Part shown: positions 27,876 through 37,570 of the stretch, piece after piece
Numbering within the stretch: position 1 is the stretch's first letter
Layout of the letters: every line of letters starts with the position of its first letter
Source: Candidatus Magasanikiibacteriota bacterium
GTDB lineage: Bacteria > Patescibacteriota > Patescibacteriia > Magasanikbacterales > UBA922
Assembly: GCA_041674805.1 (NCBI GenBank)
Contig: JBAYVA010000003.1
Location: 27,029-91,028, forward strand
Reading direction: 5' to 3'
DNA: 64,000 nucleotides
Notes under the pieces: model-generated
The model's input: only the letters and a program-made list of their open reading frames with translations
What the model was told of the DNA's origin: nothing
The model's database searches: none
Made by a program: the position numbers and the translations under genes

Positions 27876-29450
27876 ATGAAAATAAAGAAAATTCAACTTA
27901 AAGAATTTAAACGGTTTGATGACTTGACTATTGACTTAGGGGATAGCCCAAAGAAAATAGTAGCAATCGTTGGACCAAATGGTTGCGGAAAAAGCTCAGT
28001 TTTTGATGCATTAGAAGATAAACTAAGAGATTTTAGACATCTTGGAGATGAAGGTCATTCTTTTTACTCAAAAGCCCTATATTATCAAGATGAGGAAAAA
28101 CAAAAATCCATATATAACAAAGCAGAAGCAGTAAAAATTACACTTGAAGATGGGGTCATAAATCGAAAAAGTTTTTACATAAGGACTGCCTATAGATTTA
28201 CTTCGAAATTTAATGTAACTCATCTTGAAGCACAGCCTGAAATTCTCGCTCTTAGGGACGAGCCAATTAGTTCTATAGCAATTGATACAAGACTCGAATC
28301 AAATTACAAAAGGCTATTAGGTAAAGCATATACTGAATTCTTTGATGGAGCAAAAACAGGAGATGAGGTAAGAGAAGCATTAATTGGAAAAGTAAATCAA
28401 ATACTTAACCAAATTTTGGATATCGAAATTTCAGAATTAGGGAATATCCTTGAAAAGAAAGGCCAACTATATTTTAAGAAAGGGAATGTCGAAAATTTCC
28501 CTTATTCAAATTTATCTTCCGGTGAAAAAGAAGTCGTAGATATTATTTTGGATTTAATTATTAAAACTGAGGAATACAATGAAACAGTTTTCTGCATTGA
28601 TGAGCCTGAACTTCATTTAAATACTTCTATTCAAAGAAAGCTTCTACTAGAAATAGAAAAACTAATTCCAGATAATTGCCAGCTTTGGGTGGCAACTCAT
28701 AGTATTGGCTTTCTTCGTGGACTGCAAGAAGATTTAAAAGAAAAATCACAAGTCTTGGATTTTTCTGAAAAGGACTTTTTTACAGGTACCCACACCATAA
28801 CTCCAATAATTCCCTCGAGAAATAATTGGCAACGAATTTTTGGCACTGTTCTCGAAGATTTGACAGGACTAATCAGTCCAAGAAAGATTATCTATTGTGA
28901 GGGAAAAGATAGACCAGGTCAAAATGGAGAAGAAAAAGGTTTTGATGCTAAGGTCTTTAATTCAATTTTCACTGTAAAATATCATGATCTTGTGTTTGTA
29001 TCTAGCGGAGGAAATACAGAGCTTGACCAACGAAGCAATATTGCCATGACGATTTTAACAAAAGTTTTGAATGATATTGAAATATTGGTTCTAAAAGATA
29101 GAGATATATCGTCAGGTCGATTAAATACAGAAAAAGATAGACAAGTTTATTTATCAAATAACCCTAATAATTATCGTGTTTTGAAAAGATGGGAAATTGA
29201 AAATTACTTGTACGACAAAGAGGTTCTCAGTAAGTACTGTATTCAAAATGACTTGGAATTTAAAGAAGTAGATTATGACAATTTTGTTACGGACATAATA
29301 AATCAGAATGTTAAAGATAGCACAGGACTTATTAAGAACTTTTGCAGTATAATAACCAATGTAAACCCTGAAAACTTTAAATTTAATTTGGCTACATTGA
29401 TTACTGAAGACATGAATATTTATAAAGAATTAGAGAAATGTATAATGTAA
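27876..29450 (+). CDS. OLD-family ATP-dependent endonuclease (N-terminal ABC-type ATPase plus C-terminal TOPRIM), single-gene (class 1-like) arrangement
   Basis: Walker A GPNGCGKSS, ABC signature-like LSSGEKE, Walker B VFCIDEPELHLN and H-loop VATHS. The C-terminal domain has IIYCEGKDRPG (TOPRIM Glu) and LVLKDRDISSG (DxD). Confidence 0.65.
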   Translation: MKIKKIQLKEFKRFDDLTIDLGDSPKKIVAIVGPNGCGKSSVFDALEDKLRDFRHLGDEGHSFYSKALYYQDEEKQKSIYNKAEAVKITLEDGVINRKSFYIRTAYRFTSKFNVTHLEAQPEILALRDEPISSIAIDTRLESNYKRLLGKAYTEFFDGAKTGDEVREALIGKVNQILNQILDIEISELGNILEKKGQLYFKKGNVENFPYSNLSSGEKEVVDIILDLIIKTEEYNETVFCIDEPELHLNTSIQRKLLLEIEKLIPDNCQLWVATHSIGFLRGLQEDLKEKSQVLDFSEKDFFTGTHTITPIIPSRNNWQRIFGTVLEDLTGLISPRKIIYCEGKDRPGQNGEEKGFDAKVFNSIFTVKYHDLVFVSSGGNTELDQRSNIAMTILTKVLNDIEILVLKDRDISSGRLNTEKDRQVYLSNNPNNYRVLKRWEIENYLYDKEVLSKYCIQNDLEFKEVDYDNFVTDIINQNVKDSTGLIKNFCSIITNVNPENFKFNLATLITEDMNIYKELEKCIM

Positions 29451-29606
29451 ACAAGTCAGAATATAACAAAACACATAATAGATATTCCATTTTTCTTAAT
29501 CATTTATCCTTGTATAATCAATAAACAATACGGAATTCAACCCACACAACAATATTGTCCAGATCTGCCTCCAAGGTATGGCGCTGGAAGAAAAAAACAA
29601 ATAAAT

Positions 29607-30236
29607 ATGAAGAAAAAAATCTTACTATCCATACCGACACTATTATTATGTCTAATATCAGCCTTCATCTTTTTGATAGGCATTTATGGGAGTGGTTGGA
29701 ATAGAACCTACGTATTAACTGCCTTTCTAATATCAATTGTTCTAAACTTGATTTATTATTTCTGGTTATACAAAACAAAAAAAATTACAGGCAAGATAAT
29801 CTCTTTTTATATTCCTATAGCTTTTGTGTTTTTTGTTTTTTTCATATTTGCGATCATCTATAGATTCTGGATTGTAAGAGAAATTTATATCGATATGGGT
29901 CCAGATCCATTTGTACCAGAAACTAATATAACCAGTGGCATGCACGTTGGAATATGGCAAAAAGAATATTGGTTCAAATCTGCACAAGCAGATTATCGTT
30001 TACGTCATTTAAAAGAAATGCAAATTACTAGACAAGGAAGTCTTATTGGTCATATTGGTACAGACTTACAAGGTTGGACGGCAGAAGAAATAAAATATGC
30101 TTTTTATGAACCATCAAAAGTTATAAAAATTGCTGCAAATCTTGAAAAATGGATTTATCATCCTTGGACAAATCATACAGACTGGGAAATGCCAGTCTAT
30201 GTACAAGATGGTTTACTACTAAAAATTGGTGACTAA
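29607..30236 (+). CDS. Hypothetical 4-TM membrane protein with a soluble C-terminal domain
   Basis: Hydrophobic segments across the N-terminal 90 aa. It has its own extended -10 promoter (cttgtataat at 29509-29518). No recognisable catalytic motifs. Confidence 0.45.
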   Translation: MKKKILLSIPTLLLCLISAFIFLIGIYGSGWNRTYVLTAFLISIVLNLIYYFWLYKTKKITGKIISFYIPIAFVFFVFFIFAIIYRFWIVREIYIDMGPDPFVPETNITSGMHVGIWQKEYWFKSAQADYRLRHLKEMQITRQGSLIGHIGTDLQGWTAEEIKYAFYEPSKVIKIAANLEKWIYHPWTNHTDWEMPVYVQDGLLLKIGD

Positions 30237-30285
30237 TAAAAATACAAAAAACACTTTTTCCAAAACTAGTGTTTTTTATTTTACA

Positions 30286-30313
30286 TTGACGCTTTCCCTG
30301 TGAGTGCTATACT
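30286..30313 (+). promoter_or_regulatory. Sigma-70-like promoter TTGACG-N16-TATACT, near-duplicate of the one at 27766
   Basis: ttgacg ctttccctgtgagtgc tatact. Confidence 0.5.
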
Positions 30314-30353
30314 TAAATATGTAAGCAAGATTAACTCACTAACCACAGATCAT

Positions 30354-31094
30354 ATGAATAGACAAGGCTTTACAAACACATTTTTACTCATAATAACTCT
30401 AGTCGTAGTAGCTGTCCTTGCTGGATCTTTTGTGTTTTTCCAAAAACAAAAGAATTCACCACCAACTGACACCAATATAGAAATCACAACCACTACCACC
30501 AAAATACCAACTCCACCAGTCGCAGAAACTACAATCACTCTTTCAGCTGACAAAAAAAGTATCATGGAAAATGACAAAGTTTTGCTAAAAATAGATAACG
30601 AAACAATTTTCAATTGGTTCAAAACAAAAAGTCAATTGTGCGAAGGCTATAATCTAACTAGCGCTCCTGACAGAGAAAAATTTTGTACAGACCAGGCTTC
30701 TTTCAAAAGCCAAACTAGATTTTCTTCTATTGTAGTCTCTACAGACAAAACCAAAGTAGGCTTCACGATAGAAAGCGATACTCTAACCCCTGACGAAGTA
30801 GTCGGGATTTTCTTGACTTCAAACAATAAGCTAGAATTACTTAGCAACTATTATCTTGGTAATGAATTCATCAGTTTTTCACCAGAAAATAATTACTTCG
30901 TTTACAAAGGTAATTGTTGGGAAGGATTGTGCGGACTTTTTGTAAAAGATGCGACTACACTAAAAGAAAAAATAAGCTTGAACAATCCAGAATTTTTGGA
31001 TATGAAAAGTGTGGATATAGATTTCATCAGATGGGTAACAGATACTAAAATAGAATACAAATTAGGCACCGAGACAAAACAAAGTTCTTTCTAA
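30354..31094 (+). CDS. Hypothetical single-pass membrane protein with a Thr/Pro-rich linker and an extracytoplasmic domain
   Basis: The ORF-track GTG start at 30300 falls inside the promoter -10, so the likely start is the ATG at 30354 (MNRQGF...). TM helix LLIITLVVVAVLAGSFVFF, then a TTTTTKIPTPP linker. Confidence 0.45.
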   Translation: MNRQGFTNTFLLIITLVVVAVLAGSFVFFQKQKNSPPTDTNIEITTTTTKIPTPPVAETTITLSADKKSIMENDKVLLKIDNETIFNWFKTKSQLCEGYNLTSAPDREKFCTDQASFKSQTRFSSIVVSTDKTKVGFTIESDTLTPDEVVGIFLTSNNKLELLSNYYLGNEFISFSPENNYFVYKGNCWEGLCGLFVKDATTLKEKISLNNPEFLDMKSVDIDFIRWVTDTKIEYKLGTETKQSSF

Positions 31095-31498
31095 TTTTTT
31101 GGGATAAAAATGAAGACTACTAACATAATCGTTAGTGGTTTTTTCTTGTTAACTATAGAAATTAAACGATTAGTTCCAATTTATATAACTCATGGGGAGT
31201 TTGAGGGGGAAACTGTTTGAGCTCCGTTGTTTGTCAATGATTACTTTGCCCTTGGCAACACAGGCGAGTTCTTTTCCCCTCAACAGTTTTTGTTACTTTT
31301 TGATGACAAAAAGTAAGGACTATTCTGTAAAAATATTCCTTCAATCTTTTTATCAATGTTATTATCTAACTAAAAATCACACTTTATTCCAAATTCCGAC
31401 AAAAACTTTTAGTTAACATTTTATTATCCAATATTGCCCAAATCTCCCCTATCTTGTATAATATTGTCATATAAACAAATAAAAGAACATTATAAAAT

Positions 31499-31930
31499 AT
31501 GATTTACCAAGAACAACCAGAAGACTTTAACCCAAAATTTGAAGTAGTTAGTTGTTTTGTGGATTATGAAGGAAAAATACTTCTACTTCATAGGCAAGAC
31601 CACAAACCAGAAGGAAATACTTGGGGTGTTCCTGCCGGTAAAGTAGATGAAGGAGAAAAAATCTTAGATACTATAGTAAGAGAAATCAGAGAAGAAACAG
31701 GTTTGGAAATACCATCTTCCAAAATTTCTTATTTTGGTAAAGTCTATGTAAAATTTCCTAATTATGATTTTGTTTATCATATGTTTGATACCAAATTAAC
31801 TATCAAACCACAAATTACTATAAACAACACCGAACATAAAGATTATAAATGGATTTCTATATCAGAAGCTCTGGAGATGCCCTTAATACAAGACTTAGAT
31901 GATTGTATAAAGTTGTTTTATAAAATATAG
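31499..31930 (+). CDS. Nudix hydrolase
   Basis: Canonical Nudix box GKVDEGEKILDTIVREIREETGL (GX5EX7REUXEEXGU). Confidence 0.85.
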   Translation: MIYQEQPEDFNPKFEVVSCFVDYEGKILLLHRQDHKPEGNTWGVPAGKVDEGEKILDTIVREIREETGLEIPSSKISYFGKVYVKFPNYDFVYHMFDTKLTIKPQITINNTEHKDYKWISISEALEMPLIQDLDDCIKLFYKI

Positions 31931-32009
31931 TAATTCATAACTTTTTTTATGATCCAATATTGTTCAAATCTCCCCTATCTTGTATAATATACTCACTAAT
32001 CAATATATT

Positions 32010-32312
32010 ATGAACAAAGAACAAAAGTATAATGAAAAATCTATTCTCACCTTAATATTGGCTTTATCTCCATATTTATTACCTTATCTGTTAAAAATAT
32101 TCCATAATTCAAACATAATAACAATGATAATTTATATACTAGGCCAAATATTGGGAATCATTGGCTTAATATTAGGTATAAAAATACTTAAAGAAAATAA
32201 AAAAAATATATTTGCAATTATTTCAATTATTCTTGGTGTCTGCACAATAATTCTTTTTATATTTGCTACACTTGTTGCACTTTCCGGAAGTTATTCTTCC
32301 AATATATATTAA
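32010..32312 (+). CDS. Small hypothetical membrane protein
   Basis: Two or three hydrophobic helices. The ORF-track start at 31980 lies within the promoter -10 (atgtataat), so I take the start at MNKEQKY. Confidence 0.35.
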   Translation: MNKEQKYNEKSILTLILALSPYLLPYLLKIFHNSNIITMIIYILGQILGIIGLILGIKILKENKKNIFAIISIILGVCTIILFIFATLVALSGSYSSNIY

Positions 32313-32334
32313 AATTATTAGTAATTGAACAAAC

Positions 32335-33051
32335 ATGATAAACAAACCCAAACAAGAGCTTCTCGCTCGCCTCAAAAAAATCCAAGAAAGTCTTGTCAAA
32401 ACCAAAGATATAGAAATGAAAAAACTCTCTGAAATGGGAGATGAAATCGTCTCTGCTTTTGAACGCGCTATGAATGCTCTCGACGCCAAGACCAATATCT
32501 TGACCGAACTAAAAGCAAAAAAGGAACAGATGAAAAAATGGAAATTGAGCTGGATCAAAAGTTTTTTTCCCATCAATTTTCGTTATCTACTCAGTATGCC
32601 TTTTATCTACGGCATGATTATACCAGGGATTATTTTTCATTTTTGTCTTGAAATATATCATCGTGTTTCTTTTCGCTTTTACGGCATTCCTCGTGTGAGA
32701 GCTCGTGATTATTTCATTTACGACCGACATCTTCTTCCCTATCTCAACTGGTTTGAAAAAATAAATTGTTTTTACTGTAGTTATTTCAACAATCTTTTGC
32801 GCTTCGCCACTGAAGTCGCTGGACGTACCGAACGTTACTGGTGCCCTATTAAATACGCGAGACGAGTAACTAAGACTCATTCTCAATATAATAAGTTTGT
32901 TGATTATCTCGATGCTCCTCACTTCCGCGAAAAATGGGAAGAACTGCGTGACTTTTCTGATATTGTAGAGGAAGAAAAATCCTCCGCTAATAAAATTATT
33001 GAAGATGATGAAGATTGTGAAGATTGTGATTTTATTGAAAAGAAAAAATAA
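32335..33051 (+). CDS. Hypothetical protein: N-terminal coiled coil, central hydrophobic hairpin, Cys-rich acidic C-terminus
   Basis: CFYCSY...CPIKY...DCEDCDF cysteine pairs suggest a metal-binding module. No recognisable family. Confidence 0.4.
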   Translation: MINKPKQELLARLKKIQESLVKTKDIEMKKLSEMGDEIVSAFERAMNALDAKTNILTELKAKKEQMKKWKLSWIKSFFPINFRYLLSMPFIYGMIIPGIIFHFCLEIYHRVSFRFYGIPRVRARDYFIYDRHLLPYLNWFEKINCFYCSYFNNLLRFATEVAGRTERYWCPIKYARRVTKTHSQYNKFVDYLDAPHFREKWEELRDFSDIVEEEKSSANKIIEDDEDCEDCDFIEKKK

Positions 33052-33114
33052 ATAAAACATTTTAAGCCTTTTGAGCCTTTCAAGCTTTTCAGGAATTTTC
33101 AGCCTTTTAACAAT

Positions 33115-33567
33115 ATGAAACTTACTTCCAAACTATTACTTTCATTCATCTTAGTTTTTTCTTTCTTTATGACCACCCAATCCGTCTCTGCCAAAATTGC
33201 TGGCACACCAGAACCAACAAATGTAAATTATAATGAACTAGAATTTTCTGCACCACAAAATCACATGGGCTATGTTGAAGCTCGAGACAAAAATAATAAT
33301 AAAGTTTGGGAAAAAGAACTTTATAAAGTAGAAATAGATCCAAATCTAGAAACCGATGTCCAATGGGTATTCATAAATAAATTGGAAATACTAGATGGAA
33401 TGCTAATTGCGACTAATGATAAAAACGAAAAATATTCAGTAGATTTGACAAAAGAATTCTCAGATTCAGAACAATACAACAAACAAAATATTCTCTACCC
33501 TATTGTTATTATATCTATAATAATTTTATTTGCTCTTGCTTACTTCATTATCAAAACAAAAAAATAA
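33115..33567 (+). CDS. Small secreted / C-terminally anchored hypothetical protein
   Basis: Signal peptide (LLLSFILVFSFFMTTQSVSA) and a C-terminal TM helix. Confidence 0.4.
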   Translation: MKLTSKLLLSFILVFSFFMTTQSVSAKIAGTPEPTNVNYNELEFSAPQNHMGYVEARDKNNNKVWEKELYKVEIDPNLETDVQWVFINKLEILDGMLIATNDKNEKYSVDLTKEFSDSEQYNKQNILYPIVIISIIILFALAYFIIKTKK

Positions 33568-33577
33568 TACAAAAAAT

Positions 33578-33928
33578 ATGCAAGAAGAAAATTTACCACA
33601 AAAAAATAGTATTTGGAGAAATCGTATTCTTTGGACGGTTGGATTATATTTTTTAATAGGACTAATATTCTTTTTATTTGGACACTTTTTAGACTACAAA
33701 GCAGCAAATTCACCTCTTGTAATTTTTATGTGGGGTCTTTTTTTAGTTATGGCTTTTGTTATACCAATATATCTTATTCCATTGATTCCTATTTTCATAC
33801 TGTACTTTTATATAATAAAAAATATAAAAGTTCTAAATAATACAAAATTTCTAATATTAACAATAATATTTTTTTCTTTGCTCTTGTTAATTATTCCTTC
33901 TTGTTCAAATAAATTAAGTAGCTTCTAA
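33578..33928 (+). CDS. Small hypothetical multi-TM membrane protein
   Basis: Three hydrophobic helices. The start is taken at MQEENLPQKN to avoid overlap with the upstream gene. Confidence 0.35.
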   Translation: MQEENLPQKNSIWRNRILWTVGLYFLIGLIFFLFGHFLDYKAANSPLVIFMWGLFLVMAFVIPIYLIPLIPIFILYFYIIKNIKVLNNTKFLILTIIFFSLLLLIIPSCSNKLSSF

Positions 33929-34038
33929 TACAAAAAACACCAATCTTTATATTGGTGTTTTTTGTTTAAAATAAGCCCATATTGCCTAAATTAAAGCTTT
34001 TTGATATATTAAGAGTAACATAAAAGTTAATAATAAAT

Positions 34039-35520
34039 ATGCCTCATAGAAATCAGACAATTAATGGTCTTATAAAAATTATAGAATCTTACGACAAAAA
34101 AGCTGATTTCGAAATGATTAGACTTGTTTATGATTATGCCAAAGAAGCTCACGAAGGACAATTCCGTAAATCTGGTGAACCTTATATCACTCACCCACTT
34201 GCCGCTGCCTACATACTGGCAAACATGTCTATTGATCCTGTTATTATTATGGCGACATTACTTCATGACGTACCAGAAGATACAGATAGAACTCTTGAAG
34301 ATATAGAAAAAAACTTTGGAGCCGAAATAGCTTCACTAGTCAAAGGTATTACCAAACTTGGTAAATTAAAATATCGTGGTGTCGAAAGATATATAGAAAA
34401 TTTGCGCAAAATGTTTATTGCTATGGCTGAAGACGTACGTGTCATGATTATCAAGTTTGCTGATAGAATACACAATTTATCCACATTAGATTCACTTCCT
34501 CCACAAAAAAGATACCGCATAGCTTTGGAAAGTTTGGAAATTTATGCACCTATTGCTAGCCGTCTTGGTATGGATGAAATGAAAGGTCAATTAGAAGATT
34601 TGTCTTTCAAATTTATTTATCCAAAAGAATATGAACGTGTAAAAAAATTAAGAGATGAAAAACTCAAAGGCAAAGAAAAATACTTCAAACATTTGATGGA
34701 TATTACTCAACAAGAATTAGAAAAATCTAATATCTCTATTATTTCTATTCACGGTAGAAACAAAAAATTATACAGTCTATACAAAAAATTATTAGACAAA
34801 GACAATGACGTTGAAAGAATTTATGACATTGTAGCTTTACGTATTGTCGTAGACAACATTGCCAAATGTTATGCTACACTTGGTATATTACACAGTATTT
34901 GGAAACCAATAAAAGGTAGAATAAAAGATTATATTGCACAACCAAAACCAAATGGATATCAATCTTTACACACTACCGTATTTGCTGAAGGTGGCAAACC
35001 CGTTGAATTTCAAATTCGTACTTTAGAAATGCATGAAGATGCTGAATATGGTATTGCTGCCCATTGGCACTATGATGAAAATGGTAGTAGAAGACCACAA
35101 AAAGAAATAAAATGGGTTCAAGAATTAGCTCAAATACAAAAAGATATTTTGAACAAATTATCAGATTTAGAAGAAATGAAAGTAGATTTTTTACAAAGTA
35201 GAATTTTTGTTTTTACACCCAAAGGTGATGTGATAGATTTGCCAGAAGGTGCTACACCTGTTGATTTTGCTTATCATATTCACTCCGACATTGGCAACAA
35301 ATGTGTAGCTTCACTTGTAAATGACAAAATGGTTAGTCTAGATACTATGCTTAGAAATGGTGACATAGTGGATATAACTACAGACAAAAATCGCAAAGGA
35401 CCAAGTCCTGATTGGATAAAATTTGTCAAAACTCACACTGCAAAAAATCATATCATCAATTTTACCAAACAAAAAAATATTGGCATTGCTCGTTTCTTTC
35501 ATATACTACCAAAAAAATAA
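34039..35520 (+). CDS. rel: Short bifunctional (p)ppGpp synthetase/hydrolase of the RelA/SpoT family (HD + synthetase + TGS, no ACT domain)
   Basis: HD motif HPLAAAYIL...LLHDVPEDT. Synthetase motifs GRNKKLYSLYKK, DIVALRIVV, GYQSLHTTV and EFQIRTLEMHEDAEYGIAAHW. TGS region FVFTPKGDVIDLPEGATPVDFAYHIHSDIG. Confidence 0.85.
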   Translation: MPHRNQTINGLIKIIESYDKKADFEMIRLVYDYAKEAHEGQFRKSGEPYITHPLAAAYILANMSIDPVIIMATLLHDVPEDTDRTLEDIEKNFGAEIASLVKGITKLGKLKYRGVERYIENLRKMFIAMAEDVRVMIIKFADRIHNLSTLDSLPPQKRYRIALESLEIYAPIASRLGMDEMKGQLEDLSFKFIYPKEYERVKKLRDEKLKGKEKYFKHLMDITQQELEKSNISIISIHGRNKKLYSLYKKLLDKDNDVERIYDIVALRIVVDNIAKCYATLGILHSIWKPIKGRIKDYIAQPKPNGYQSLHTTVFAEGGKPVEFQIRTLEMHEDAEYGIAAHWHYDENGSRRPQKEIKWVQELAQIQKDILNKLSDLEEMKVDFLQSRIFVFTPKGDVIDLPEGATPVDFAYHIHSDIGNKCVASLVNDKMVSLDTMLRNGDIVDITTDKNRKGPSPDWIKFVKTHTAKNHIINFTKQKNIGIARFFHILPKK

Positions 35521-35530
35521 TAAAATAAAA

Positions 35531-35566
35531 AACAGTCCCAATTTTATCGGGACTGTTTTTTTATTT
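35531..35566 (+). terminator. Rho-independent terminator
   Basis: cagtccc-aattttatc-gggactg followed by tttttttattttt. Confidence 0.6.
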
Positions 35567-35575
35567 TTGAATGAA

Positions 35576-36430
35576 CTAAATCAACTCTGAAATCAATCTC
35601 TTCAATTCTTCCATAGAACTAAAATCTATAGTTATTTTTCCTCTTTTATTAGTATTCAAAGTAATTGTAATTTTTGAACCAAATTTTTCTTCCAACATTT
35701 TTTCTTGAGCAGAAATATTTGGATCTTTGTAATTTATATTATTATTTTTTTTCAAAGCAACTTTACTTTCTACTTCACGCACACTCATCTTCTGACCTAT
35801 CATACTTTCAAACATATCCAATTGTTCATCTTCATTCTTGAGACTAAGTATAGCACGTGCTTTACCTGCGCTTATATCACCTTTGATAAGAGCTTCTTGT
35901 ATCTTTTGTGGTAAATCCAAAAGTCTAATAGTGTTGGCAATTGCCGGGCGACTTTTACCAAGTTGTTCAGCTGCTTGTTCTTGAGTCAAATTGAATTCTT
36001 CTATAAGACGAGCATAAGCATAAGCTTCTTCTATTGGATTCAAATCATGTCTTTGAATATTTTCTATCAAAGCCAATTCCAATTTTTCTTGTTGTGTTGC
36101 ACTACGTACCAAAGCAGGTACCGTATTTAATCCTGCTAAACCAGCAGCTCGCAAACGTCTTTCACCAGCAATCAATTCGTAACCACCTTCTTGTCTTTCT
36201 GTGACAACAAGTGGTTGCATAATACCATGTTTTTTGATGGACAAGACAAGACTTTGTAATTCTTCTTCATTGAATTCTTTTCTTGGTTGTTCGGGATTTG
36301 GAACAATGTCTGATATATTTAAATGCCAAACTCTATCATCACCACCAACGATACCTGTCTCTCTACGAATAATATTTCTTACTTTTTGTTGTTGTGGTAT
36401 AAGTGAGTTGAGACCTTTTCCGAGTGCCAT
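35576..36430 (-). CDS. parB: Chromosome partitioning protein ParB (Spo0J)
   Basis: ParB box LIAGERRLRAAGLAGL plus an HTH domain. Confidence 0.9.
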   Translation of the reverse strand: MALGKGLNSLIPQQQKVRNIIRRETGIVGGDDRVWHLNISDIVPNPEQPRKEFNEEELQSLVLSIKKHGIMQPLVVTERQEGGYELIAGERRLRAAGLAGLNTVPALVRSATQQEKLELALIENIQRHDLNPIEEAYAYARLIEEFNLTQEQAAEQLGKSRPAIANTIRLLDLPQKIQEALIKGDISAGKARAILSLKNEDEQLDMFESMIGQKMSVREVESKVALKKNNNINYKDPNISAQEKMLEEKFGSKITITLNTNKRGKITIDFSSMEELKRLISELI

Positions 36431-36485
36431 ACTTTGTAGTTAAAAGTTTATAAAGTTTGTAAAGTTATAAAGTTACTTATTCTGC

Positions 36486-37268
36486 TTACTTTGCTTGTTC
36501 ATTATGTTTTTCTACCAATTCTCTTGCCAGTCTTTCATAAGCTTTGGCACCTTTGCCACGAGGTTCATAATGAAAAATAGATTGACCAAAACTTGGAGCT
36601 TCTGCTAATTTTACAGTACGTGGAATTACTGAACGAAAAATATTATTTGGAAAATATTTATAAAGTTCATTCATTATTTCAGTAGAAAGTTTGGTACGTT
36701 TGTCAAACATAGTAAGTACTGCACCCAAAATACCCAGGTTAGGATGAATATGTGTTCTTACTAATTCTACTGTTTTGAGTAACTGTCCAAGACCTTCCAA
36801 AGCATAATATTCTGCTTGTACAGGAATAAGAAGCTCATCAGCTGCTACCAAGCCATTGATAGTCAAAAGACCAAGAGATGGTGGACAATCTATAATAATA
36901 TAATCATAAGCATGAGAAACTTCAGCCAATAAATCACGCAATTGAAATTCTCTATTTTCTACACTTACTAGTTCAATAGACGCACCTGCTAAATTTTGGG
37001 TAGCCGGAACAACACGCAAACCTTCATGGGCTGTATTATACATTACATCATGAATTCTTTTTTGTTTTGCCAAAGCTTCATAAATACCATTTTCTATACT
37101 ATCCTTACTAATACCCAGACCACTACTAGCATTACCTTGTGGATCCAAATCTACCAATAAAACAAATTTTCCCATTTCAGCCAAAAAGGCAGATAAATTG
37201 ATAGCAGTAGTTGTCTTACCTACACCACCTTTTTGATTGACAACAGAGATAATTTTTGACATATTCAA
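36486..37268 (-). CDS. parA: Chromosome partitioning ATPase ParA (Soj)
   Basis: Deviant Walker A KGGVGKTTTAINLSAFLAE. Confidence 0.9.
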   Translation of the reverse strand: MNMSKIISVVNQKGGVGKTTTAINLSAFLAEMGKFVLLVDLDPQGNASSGLGISKDSIENGIYEALAKQKRIHDVMYNTAHEGLRVVPATQNLAGASIELVSVENREFQLRDLLAEVSHAYDYIIIDCPPSLGLLTINGLVAADELLIPVQAEYYALEGLGQLLKTVELVRTHIHPNLGILGAVLTMFDKRTKLSTEIMNELYKYFPNNIFRSVIPRTVKLAEAPSFGQSIFHYEPRGKGAKAYERLARELVEKHNEQAK

Positions 37269-37370
37269 AATTTAGTTTATAGACTTTATAAACAATTTAC
37301 TAACTAAAATCATTATAACAAATATTGACAAATTTCACAATAATCTATATAATGTAAAAACAATAAATAA

Positions 37371-37453
37371 GCCCGAATGGCGGAACTGGTAGACGCGCAC
37401 GACTCAAAATCGTGTTCCTTCTGGGAGTGAGAGTTCGATTCTCTCTTTGGGCA
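37371..37453 (+). tRNA. tRNA-Leu (anticodon CAA)
   Basis: Acceptor GCCCGAA/TTTGGGC, anticodon stem CACGA/TCGTG with loop CTCAAAA, long variable arm, T loop GTTCGATTC, discriminator A; CCA is not encoded. Confidence 0.8.
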
Positions 37454-37570
37454 CAACAATAGTTTGTAAAGTTAAAAGTTTATAAAGTAAAAAGTTACTT
37501 TATAAAAAATACTTTATAACTTTATGAAATTTTCAGACCAAGACTTGGGCTGAATGAACTTTTAAATTCA

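Noticed and set aside
27876-29450. Gabija (GajA plus a GajB UvrD-like helicase) interpretation of the OLD-like gene
   Set aside because: No helicase gene is adjacent. The only UvrD-family gene in the window is 16 kb away, in an unrelated operon context, so a solitary class-1 OLD-type gene is the more economical reading.
32223-33060. Minus-strand ORFs 32223-32576 and 32587-33060
   Set aside because: They overlap the more protein-like plus-strand ORFs, which have clear TM helices and their own promoters. The minus-strand ORFs are judged spurious.
36436-36478. parS centromere site between parA and parB
   Set aside because: The sequence is the dispersed TTGTAAAGTT/ATAAAGTT repeat, not the TGTTNCACGTGAAACA-type parS palindrome.
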